From Octopus sinensis (lineage: Eukaryota), in assembly GCF_006345805.1 (NCBI RefSeq), contig NC_043002.1:47492001-47556000 (forward strand): a stretch of DNA of 64,000 bases. The letters are read 5' to 3'. Of the stretch, positions 25,527 to 38,100 are shown piece by piece (positions within the stretch are counted from its first letter, which is position 1; each line of letters starts with the position of its first letter). A program made the position numbers and the translations under genes. Under the pieces are notes generated by a model. The model worked only from the letters and a program-made list of their open reading frames with translations. It made no database searches and was not told where the DNA came from.

Positions 25527-28500
25527 TAGGATAAGATCATTAATTTAAATATCGATCTTATCAAGTGGCCAGCATGGGAATAAAAACCTTCAAAGGTAAT
25601 AATTATTATTAAAAACATAATTTAGGGTAACTAAGATATACCCCCACGCTGGAAATAGCAGCCAAAATCTGACTTTAAAACCACAGATATGCAAATATCT
25701 GTATATATTCTGATATCTACCAGAAATATCTATGTATATTCAGATATCTACCAGAAATCCGGGATCTGGAATTATCCAATAATTTTTTGCTAGTTTTATT
25801 TTGTCCTTTTGTCTTCTCTCCTGGTGCTGTATGAACACTTAATGTGGTTTTAGAGTCAGATTTTGGCTGCTATTTCCAGTGCGGCAGTATTATGTTTGTA
25901 ATAATATATATATATATATATATTCACAATACAATCAACTTCTTGCAAGTTTCAACTTCCTATGAACTTCAACAAATATCTAAACCTGTGAAAACATAAA
26001 TTGTTTTCTATGTAATTTCCTTGTAATGCTGACGTGATTCTGCATTTTGTATCCGAAATAATTAGATCAGTTGCAAATAACATAATGTTGAAAATTAGAA
26101 AAGAGAATATTTTGGGATGATATTTAACACTATTTATAATTTAAAGGTCATTCATTCTGTTTTAAATCTAATTTTTTGTTGTTGCTTTTAACATTGATGA
26201 AATAGAAATTGAAATTCTGAACAAGTAGTTTTATTGACAGACATATTTTGTCCTCTTAAATGCTAAGTTAGGAGGTACAGGTGTGTCAATTGTTGGCAAG
26301 ATAGATTAAATGTGTTATTTCTGGAGAGAAAATACAATAGCAAAGTTTAATTTCATGGCCATGTATTCTAATAACACAAGTCTGCAAATTGTATTGGCTT
26401 TTATTTCGTTTTGTTAATTAGACACTAGCAAAGGTTAGAACCAATGAGCTTTGCATCCTCAGTCAGACTGGTGAGACTGGTGCAGCTAATACCCAGCCCA
26501 AATTAATGACAACAAGTAAAATATGAGGGTTGAGGAAACTGGAGTGTTTGTATTTGGTCTGAAATCTTGCAAAAGTGTGAACTCTGCTATAAGTATCTAT
26601 GGACCAAGTAGTTGTGTTAAACTGGGTGGTATGATAGGCATAAGCAAAATATTTTGATGTGAGATCAATATGTCAATTAGCTGATTAGTCACTCATACAT
26701 TCCTCTAAAACATCCTTAAGACAATTAGAAATTTCTTCTTTGTAATAAACTTCAAATTTTTGGTAAATTTGTCCATAGGCCTTACTTTTCAGCTATATGT
26801 AAAGAACACGACTTTTCAGCCATATGATGCTGTATGATGCCTTGGAAAGTCACTTCTAGTATATCCTTGACTCAACCAATGCCTTGTGAGGGAATCTGAT
26901 TGATGGAAGCCTATCATATATAATGTGTGTATGTGAGCATGTGTGTAAGTATGCATGTGTGTGTGTGATCATTTTTGAGTTTGTCCCCCTTTACTGCTTA
27001 ATAATCAATGTGGGTTGTTTAAACAGTTGAGTAGTTTAGCAAAAGAGACCAATAGAATTAGTGCCAAACTTGAAAAACAAAAAAAACGTATTAGGGTTGA
27101 TTTGTTCAGTTAAATCCTTCAAGGCAATGCCTCTGTCATAGTCACTCTATCAAGACTGAAACAAGTAAATGAGAAAAGGTAAATTACAAAAGGGAACTTT
27201 GCAGTCCCTTCCCCATCTAAATTTTCTTTAAAAAACTATGTTTTTATTGTAAATTCATCTAAGCTATTTCCTTGCATTCATCAATACTGTTGCTTTCATC
27301 TTTATTATCCACCTCTTCTTCCTTTCCATTGTTTTTTTATACTTGTATTTTTATATTTTTATATGTCAGATGGGTGTATAATGCAATATGTAAACACTTA
27401 TCTTCATCATGCAGCATCTTATCTATTGAGACTAATGTCTTAACATCTGACTAAACAAATTCCACCCCAAATATTTATGAACCTCCTGCTAACATGAGCT
27501 TTTTTGTTTTTCAATACACAGCATTTTTCTTATCAATTAATGGTTGTAAGAACAGACACTTAAGAAATTATAGTCAGAAAGTGTGGAATGATTTATCTGC
27601 AAATCTTTTCAGGAAGACAGTATTATAAAACCAGGAAGGCTGATATCAAAAAGGGTTAAAACCCATCCATATGTAACTGTCCTTATTTAAAGATACTGAG
27701 TTTTGTTAAGTGATAAAAGGAATGTGCTTATATTTGAAGGAATATTTGGGGAGAAATTGTGAAACCAGTCTTACCTGATTGCGTCACAGCTATTCTTGCA
27801 TGTACAGTGGTAATTACTACCTTCAGACAATTCACAAGTACCACCGAATTTACACGAAGTTTCATCACAGATTGAGCCACTTCCAGAACCCTCTACTGAA
27901 AAAATAAATTTATAAAAATTTCAAATGAAAATCTTTAATCTTCTTATATATCTTAATACTTTTTTTTGCAATAATTTTAATTGCTCAAATACAATTGGAT
28001 ACATCTTCATTGGTAAGGTTGCTCATATTGTAAAATACACAGATGTATTAATCTGCTTGCTTAAGAAAGAAGTTACTACTTCCAATTCATGTTAAGACTG
28101 TGCACACACTCAATTTACAACATGCATTTCAAGGTTGAAAATAAGCATAAAAAGACAAGATTTCTGATACTATAATAATGAAAGTAAACATTTAGTTTTG
28201 TTGAATATTTGAGGTATAGATTCAAGAAATATTATCCAAAAAATATTGCTTAAAATCTCAATATTTATATGCAACAAGGATTCTGCTTAAACGATTGACC
28301 AGATGGAAAGTGGGGACAGAAAAATAGCTATGAGATAAAATTTTGTATATAATTAAAAAGCTTTATAATAGTGAAAACGATAAAGACGAGCCAAAGTTAT
28401 GTAAAAAAAAAAACCTGGAAATAGGAGGTTTTGGTATTAATGCTTTTTCAAGGTTACTAGCAAAGACAGTGAAATGGTTTCAAATGAAAATTCAAACCAC

Positions 28501-28942
28501 ACTGTAATCTTGATTCCTCCATAAATTATCTCCATACTATAGAACTCGTAAAAAAGAAAAATAGGAAGTTGATACTTGAAATGAAAAGTAGAGAGGTTTA
28601 TATTTTCTTAAAGTTAAAGTTGGTAAAATTTTGATTATTAAAATAAATAAAAATCAAAATAAATTTTTAAAAAATTATTAATATTGAGTAATAAAAATAA
28701 TCATCCTTTCTACTATAGGCATATAACATGAAATTTTGGGGGGAGTGATATAGTCAATTACATCAACCCCAGCACTTGGCTGGAACTTATTTTATTGACA
28801 GAAAGCATGAAAGGTAAAGTCAACCTCAGCGGAATTTCAGCAAATAATAATTGTAGTAGTAGTAGTAGGTCCCTTAATGTCTCTGGTTGAAACTTGGGTG
28901 CAGCTTGAATATATTAATGCAAAGGCAAAACACAACAACAAC

Positions 28943-28995
<53 letters not shown>

Positions 28996-29791
28996 TAAAA
29001 TCTCAGCACTGACTGAAAAGCATGAGACTCAAAGAAGAGAGTGAAAGATTCTTAATTGCAGCACAAAATCAAGTCCACTCATCACCTTCACTAACCACCT
29101 ACCAAAACAAAAAAAAAACCCCAAAAACACAGAATGAAACACAATACAATTAGTAACTGCAAAATTTATGGTGATGGGGAAAAAAAGAATAAATCATAAT
29201 TATCTCTGCCCATGCAGTCTTGTCTAAGAAGGAATATCTCCCCAGACATGACAGAGATATACACATGTATATGTGTCAACTCTATGGAATGCCAACAGTG
29301 AAAAGATAATATAAGCATAATTCAGAAAAGGTTTCAGATAATGACAAAGCAATCATACTTTGGGATATGTAAATATACTCAGATAAAGATATCAAGGATA
29401 TTTGACCAGATGTTGTTGAGGATACCAAGAAAAAAAAAAAAAATCTCCAAATCGATGTATCATTCCTATCAGAAAGAAACCTATTGAAATACAAAGATAA
29501 GGAAATAGAAATAACCTGAGTGTTTATCTTAAAAAACAATCCCTATCATAACAAGTACTTTAGGTATGGTAAAAAAATATGACAAATACTTAACCAAACT
29601 ACCACGACTTGCAAATATGTATAGCATACAGTAAATAGCACTGCAAGGCAGTGCACATATCTTATATAGAGCTCTTTCAATACAGTAAAAATAACACAAA
29701 ACAAATAACAGCACATACCTAAAATACGTAGTGCTGCACTTCATAGTACTGTGAAACCATGAAGTAAAAATGAAACAATTGAATAATAGTA

Positions 29792-29844
<53 letters not shown>

Positions 29845-32069
29845 TGGATGTGATAAAATCTAAGCAGTTAATGTGTGGGCGATAGCATCACTTCAGTATG
29901 GAGAGGGAATTATAAAATGGTGAAAGAGAGAAATGAAGAAAATGGATACCAAGAAATGGATACACGAACCCTTCCCTCCTAAGAATGACACTGATAGGCT
30001 GTATTTGTCCAGAAGAAAAGGTGGGAGAGGTTTGATCAGTTACCAGGACTGTATCAAAGAAGTGGAAAACAGCTTAGGGAAAATTGTGTAACCAAAGAAA
30101 AAGTTAAACAAGAAATAAACAAAAGAAAAAGCATGGAAAGAAAAAAATGTATGGTCAGTTTGCAAGACAGATACAGAGGACCAGTTATATGAAGTGCAGA
30201 ATTGACAACACTACCAATAGTGACAAATGCAGAATGTGTGGTGAGAGGGGTGAAACAGTATGGCACATTGTTAGCGAATGTCCAAAATGGGCAGAACATG
30301 AATACAAATGATGCCATGACAATGTGGCAAGAATGATCCACTGGGAGCTCTGTGGAAATCACGGCCTACAAAAAGCAAATATGTGATATGAGCAAACCCT
30401 AGAAGGAGCCACTGAAAATGAGAACTGCAAAATCCTGTAGGATGTAATGATCCAGTGTGATCAACTGACTAGACATAGGAAACCAGACATTGTTGTGGTG
30501 AATAAAAAATAAAGAAAATCTATGATAATCGACATAGCATGCCCCAGTGACAACAGGATCAATGTGAAAGAAGAAAAAATAAACAACTACGATGATTTAA
30601 AGTGGGAAATACAAAGGTTGTGGTCTATGAAGAGAGTAGACATTAGTAACTGGTGCATTTGGAAGTATCAGCACTCAGCTACCAACATGGTTGAAAAAGA
30701 TCGGTGCAAGTGTGAAGGTAGAATGCCTACAAAATCAGCATTGCTTGGAACTGCAAGAATCCTTAACAGGGTTCTTGAAACATGACCAGTAAACAAGTGT
30801 CACCTTACTCTGTTGACTGTGAACAACTGACACTTTCCATCATACCCAGCAAAATAAGCTTTAAGTTTTCATACGATAATAATAATAATAACAATAATAA
30901 TAATAGCATACCTTAAGTATGTTAGATAGATGGCTTTTTAATTTAATCTATACTCTGGATTTTATTTAGTCTCTGAATTTATTCATTACTGTTTCCTATA
31001 TATCAGCAGTGAGATTTTGTCTAGGCATGTGGTCGTGAATACACATCATTGAGAGGGCTCAAGAAAGTTGAAGTGTATCTGCTGTTCTCACTACCTACTG
31101 TCAATATAATTTTTCATCTCTCTCCAATATATATTAAGAGTTTAAAATAGTACATGTGTAAAATTTTTTTATCAGAGATGAAAACTGCTATATATTTCCA
31201 GTCAATGAAGTATGTACATTAAGTATGATACATAGATGACTATTTTTAGTCAATGCTACTTCAACTGCATACTCCAAATAATAATAATGATAATAATAAA
31301 CATTATTAGTAGATTAGGAGTGTGTAAATTTCTGTTGCATGGTATAGTTAATCCAGTATCAAATTTTAAAATGGAATAAACAAATGTAATACTTGCCAAT
31401 GCCAGATCCTGATATTTCGTCACAGGGCCCATTGTTGACAATGTATAATTCGGTTTTCTTTAAGCATGCATATCTTTTCATCTCACACTCATTATTGTAG
31501 ACCTGTCCATTGCTGGCACAAAGCACTTCAAAATCTGCAGGACATTCTGAAGGACATACACACATACCATTCTCACATGTTGATCCAAATGGACAACGAA
31601 TTTTCGCACATTTATCTGAAAAGACAAAACAAAAGCTTTTATTTAGAATGCACTCACACTTTTAACAGGATAGCCCTCATTTTAGAATGTATATTTAAAT
31701 ACTTGAGCTGTACTCATCACAAAAAATCATCCTTTGAGTAGTTATTTCTATGTGAGAAGACTAGTGCAGAAAATGTCCCTTAACAGAGATAATACTAAGA
31801 GAGGAATCATTTATTGTTGCTTATGTCAATTAAAATAGGGATTTTAATAGTGTTCTTAAATTTGGTATCAGCTAATTGTCATTTAAGAATTAAACAAAAG
31901 CACAATAAAGTATGAAATTGAATATCATAATATAAGGGAATTAATGAAAGTTATTATTTTGCTTAACAGAAAAATTTCCACGTGAATTTTCTTCAAAATT
32001 CAGATTAGAAAGTCATTGAAATTTATTATTTATCAGTGAAAATTGTGAAGTTGTACGACTATGCTTTTG

Positions 32070-32136
<67 letters not shown>

Positions 32137-35100
32137 GTATATATAAAATATATATATGACATATATATATAGTATATGAATGTGTGTGTGTGTTTAGTTG
32201 TCCAATGAATTTTCACAAGTTTGAAAAAAGAGTCACTCATATTTTTAGGTAATAGAGTGGCTACATTATTCATGCAAAGTTATGAATTTAATTTCTTGAT
32301 AGCTATTTCATGTTACCAAATGCTTTCATGTTGAAGAACCTTTCAAGTGTGAAAAGATCATGTAACAACCATACAATCATCAGACATGACTGAATAGAAA
32401 AGTATAGTTATACTCGACTATTCTGAGACTGGTTTATAATACTGTACTTGTGAATAAACTCATCATTGCTTAGCCAAGATAGCTGGATTTTATTCAGTTC
32501 ACCACTGAACTGTTTGTTCCTTCTCAAGCCACTGCTGGCTCGTAAGGGCTGGTTTCCCGGTTTCCTTAGCGTATAGGTTCCCCACCTGGACGGGATGCCG
32601 GTCCATCGCAGGTGAGCTGCAAGATGCAGGAGGAAAGAGGGAGAGAAAGTTGTGGCGAAAGAATCAGCAGAAGTTCGCCATTACCTTCTGCCGCGTGGAG
32701 CTTAGGTGTTTTTCTCATAAACACACACACCACTCGGTCTGAGATTTGAACCCATGATCCCTTGACTGCGAGTCCACTGCTCTAACAACTAGGCTATGTG
32801 CCTCCACATTCACCACTGAATAAAATATGTTTAATAAATTTTGTAACAATATAAATTTAGTCTGCTAGTCGATACACAATATATTAGTTCTGTTGTAAAT
32901 TTAAGTCACACTTTAGTAGATATGGCCTAAATTTTAGTACAAAAATGAATAGATTTATAAAAATATATAATAAAATCAATTTCTTCAAGAAACAAAAATG
33001 ATAAATTCTATTTAGCATTTACAGTCTATATGATCTTGAAGATATTGAAATAATTCATTGAATAGCATTGAAGTTTGTAAAAAAACAGAACTGCTTGATG
33101 AATTACATAGAGTCCTGCTTCTGTGATGCTAAGGAGTTAAGAAACAAATTTACTTAGATAGAATGTTATGTCTATCGCAAGCATATTTTGTTTGAAAGTT
33201 CCAATACTTATTCCTTACTACTGGTAAACTGATGCAAAATGGAATTATCAGGTTTAGCAACATAATAAAACACTTTATAATCAATATATTCTCAACATAA
33301 AGATTGTGTTTATGCAACTCATGTCAGATGTAACATGTCAAGTAAGGAAGTAGAGGAGAATATGATGTTGATGATGATGATGATGATGATGAGAATAACA
33401 ATTATGATGGTGATGAAACTTATCCCACAGCTTGCCTGATAATGTAAAAGTAGCTCAAGGCATTTGTTCAACAGTGAAAGATATTGACAATACAATATTT
33501 CAAATAAAGGAAATCTTAAGTCAGTGACAAAGAAAAAAAATATGCTTAACTTTCTTGAAATTTCAAGTTGATATGATATTTCTTCAATAACAATAACACA
33601 ATTTTCATGTGATATATAGAAACATTGAACAATTCCTTTGTTGAATAGTGAGAAATGATTTTTACTTACTGCAATCACCACGAGATTCCACTTCAATTAG
33701 TTTTTGATCGCGACATGAAGCAACCTTTAGTTCACACTCATTCTGGTAAGTAATCCTGTTTGTTCCACATACCTTATTCTCAACCTGAAGTAGATTACAG
33801 AAACCATTCAAGTATAATAATAAAAAAAAATTATATTTCCAATTATGTTATACAGGAAGCTCTATGTAGAAATACAGTTTACAGAAAAGTAAAAAAACTT
33901 CAAGATCTTAGAAGTCACTTGATCTATGTTTCTGCATGTAGATATAAGGTTTTCTGTTGAAGTATAATTCCATTCACTGATTTTGGTTTCCATTTGAGAG
34001 ATATTAGATAGAATGTATTATGATTATTAAATAAAAATTAAACAGATTCGTATTGTAATTGAGATTTCTTACACCTGGTAGATGTCATGTTTGCACCACT
34101 CAGGCAACAACCCTCTTGTCCTCCAGGGTTTTCCTCTTTTGGCAGATAGGGGCCCCCGGTGGTTTTGCCCTAGTTGCTTCATAAAGCTGAGGTATGTCCC
34201 TGGAGGAAGGAACTTTTGGGTTCGTACAAGAGGTTATTGCTAGTGAGGGCTTTATGAGGTTGTGCAGATCCTAACTCAACTTCTTTTAGTTGCCTTTTAC
34301 AATACAGAGTGGAGCACCAGTCCTGGAGACCTATTCAGGTGGGGACTTAGAATGTCCTCTCACTGAGGGATGATTCCTGTCTGGCCCTGATGTTTTTGAA
34401 ACTCAGCCATTTGTGAGTTGCTGTGGCAGCCTTATCAGGTGTGTCAGCCAGAAAGGGGTGACATCTCAATGAGTGGTTACACCTACCACTGGTCTGGGTG
34501 CTCTAAGAGCTAGCTTGCCAGTGTAGTAGCAGTTGCAATGGTTAGCAGGTTGGTTCTAATTATATTAAACTTAACACCTGACAATGAGTGTATTATGTGG
34601 CCAAGTATTCAACATTCTCCAGGTATCATTTCCCTGGTTGTAGTGTATACCCTGACAGGTCATTCTACAACCAGCTGTGCTCTGTTGTGGAGAGTATCCC
34701 CATCAGGAACACATTCTTGGTCATAGATTTCAATGCATCGGTTAGGGTTAGAATGGATTGCAAGAGTTGTCAGCCTTTTTATGAGCTGGTGCTAGGAATG
34801 AAAGAGGTGAGATGTTCCTGGATTTTACCAAAAGCCATAGATTTTGCATAGCTGGCTGCTGGTCCTTACATTCTGAGCAGCATTGCTGGACTTAGTATTA
34901 CAATGCTGGCCATGTGGAAAAGGAGATCGACCACATACTTATAGATGGCTGCTGGAGACTCCTACAGAACTGCAGGATTTTTCAGAGTGTTTATTTTTTG
35001 GGCACTGACCATAGACTTGTCATGGCTGAATTAAGATTGAGGCTGAAGTCTAAGAAGCTGAAGGCAGCCAGTTCTAGACTGGATATAGACAGGCTCAAAG

Positions 35101-38100
35101 GTCACAGTGTAAGCAAGACTTATTTGCAGTAATTTGGATCTGTGCTACCTGGGGTTGACTCCTCATCTGATCCTGTGGAAATGTGGAAAACATACAGGGA
35201 CACCCTACTGGTTTCCAAAATCAAGCCAGGAAACATTTCCATTCCATGTGAAGCATTGATGGAGCATAGCTGCTGGATGAGACTGGATGGAATCCCTTAT
35301 TATTTGTTTTGAAGACTGACATGTGGGATAGTCAGTGTACTGAGGTCCAACAAGGAAAAGCAAGTCTGAGAAATCTATGAGGATTCAGGGTTATCCTGAA
35401 GAGAGTGAAAAATTACCTGCTCACATTTCAGAGGCTGGAACAGTCAGAGTTCACACCAAAGAGGTCAACTATTGAAAGGATCCTGGCTCTTTGTGTACTC
35501 ATTGAACACAAGATGAGCTTTCAGCAGAGGCTGCTTGTAGCTTATGTTAACATCTATAAGGTGTTTGACTTGGTGGACTGAGATATGCTTTAGAAGGTTC
35601 TGAAGCTGCAAGGTATACCTCCTCAACTGATTGGACTGATGCTGGTCTTGTACAATAGAAAAATCAATGCAGTTCAGATTGGGGCTCAACATCTGACCTT
35701 TTTCCAGTTAGGGTTGTGTCTCAGCTCCTCCTCTGTTCAATGCTTGCATGGATTGGATGCTCAGTCAAATGGTTGCTTGATTGAGTTGTGGTGCACTCAT
35801 TGATGAAACTAGTATTACAGAACTAGATTTTGCTATCACAGTTATTCTTGCTGTGTTTCTGGATGTCTTAAGGAACATTCTCCTTTCACTGAGTGAGTCT
35901 CTTGGGTTAAGACAAAGATCCAGTCTTTCATTTATTTCTTGGAGGACTCCACCTCATCTGCTTCTGTTGTGGTTGAGAATGCTGAAGTTGTTGACCACTT
36001 CACTTATCTCAGCAATGAGATTTATAGTGGTGTTAACTGTGAGTCTGAAGTCCTGAAAAGACTTGGGTGAGCTAGTGCAGCTGTGTAATCATTGGACAAG
36101 GGTGTTTAGTACTGCTGATATCTGTGCAGGAGGACAAAGGTCCAGGGTTTTAGGTCTCTGGTCCTCCCTGTTCTATAGTTGTGAGACTTGGACACTGTCC
36201 AAGTTCCTTAGGAGCCATCTAAACTCCTTTGGTACCAGGACACTTTGAAGGATTATGGTCAAATTACCATTGGTCAGATTTCGTATTCAGAAAGTGGGAT
36301 GCATCCTGTTACTGGTATGATTTGGGAATGCCAGCTCAGACCATTTGGCCATATTGCTTGATTTTCCGAGTAAGGTACTGTTTACCATATTCTTTGAGAA
36401 TCCAACTAAGTTGATGGCTCAAGCAGGTTGACCACATGCCACAGCAGATGAGAAGATGTCTTGTGGAGATGGAGACTGACTAGAGCTCTACCTGACAGGT
36501 CGCTTGGGAGGACCTGGGAATATACTGACAAATAGACTATGCAGTAATATGCTGCAAAGGAGTATGCCCACACATCTGACCAGACCTGACCCTATTATTA
36601 GAACATAGTCATCATTTGCAAGCATGTAAGACTGAGATGGTTGCATGGAGAATAGTATCATTAAGTATTTTAGGTGACTCTGTGTCACTTGTGAGCAGAC
36701 ATAGACACCCACTCATTCCTTACACCTTTGATACAGTGGAATGTCCAAAATGTGACAGCTGAAGGGAGAGAAGCCTGCATCAATGCTCAGCTGATACTCA
36801 TTTCAGCTGAGTTGACTTCAGCAGTGTGAAATGAAATGCTTGGCTCCAAGAACACGATATATTGCTTTCTCCAAGAATCAAATCTATGATCTCATGATTT
36901 CCTGATTGTCAACCCAACATCCTAATCACTATGGTATGCATCTTCACTTATAATGACTGATAGTACACCTAAACAACATTAGAGCAGATGGAAAGAACAG
37001 TTTATTTTTTTATGGTACAAAGCTCTGTTTACAAGTAAGTATATGGAAGTAACTGATCATATTGATTCCACTGCATGAGTATTAAGAAAAATGAAATTCA
37101 AACTGTCTTGAGGATTTGAATTTAGTGAATCTCTAAAGCAGATATAGCAAAGCATCTATTTTGGTGCTCTACTGATTCAATAATATCTGCTGCTAGACAA
37201 ATGGTTTTCAGAGTATAGTTCATACAAAGGTAAAATATTAATAAGAATCCAAGAGAAATTTAATTAGGCCCTAAATACACTTCAAAATCAGCTATCTAAT
37301 TTAATTGGTATTTACTGTATTGTAAATTAGAAAGTCACCAAACATAAACTAAAATTTAAAATATTCTATATAAATAGATTTCTTATAATTCATTTTTAAA
37401 CATTCTATTTTTATTTATAATATGATATATTTTTGTATCATGAAAATTTTCTCTGTCTGAAGATTTTCTAATAGGAAATTTCTCACATCTCTATATAACA
37501 TGTAAATCTTTTTAATTCCTATTAGCAAATGGAACATGTGTAATAGAGAATAAATAATACCATATATATTGATAGAGGATTAACATACAATTATTTTTCA
37601 TATACAGAATGAAAAGAGAATTTAAGTTGTCATGATTAAAAAGTGTTTCACAAACTGTGTTGTGCAGTTTGTGGCAGAATTATTATAGGAATTTAAAACA
37701 AACAAAAATACTATGTATTATTAAGTAACCAAAATATTTTTTCATACATCAAAATTCCAGTCACCTATCCTCTACTCTACTGAAATACAGTGGAATAAAA
37801 TTTTAACAACCAGATCACAGATGTACATAAATACTTCAATACTTACTAATATATAAATACCATCCTAAAATAAGGCAATGTAACTCCTTAGATTTTAACA
37901 TGAAGTCTTGGGTCAAATCTATTGGACACTACTAAAATATTTACCAGTTATAAAACAAAAAACGTGATTTACCTCCACACAGGCCGATGGACATACACAT
38001 TTGGCATTTTTACCATCACTTTGACAAACGGCATAGAATTCGCAGCGTTGATTTTCACAACCATCTGTATTTGAAAGAAAAACAAAACTGAAAATGATGC

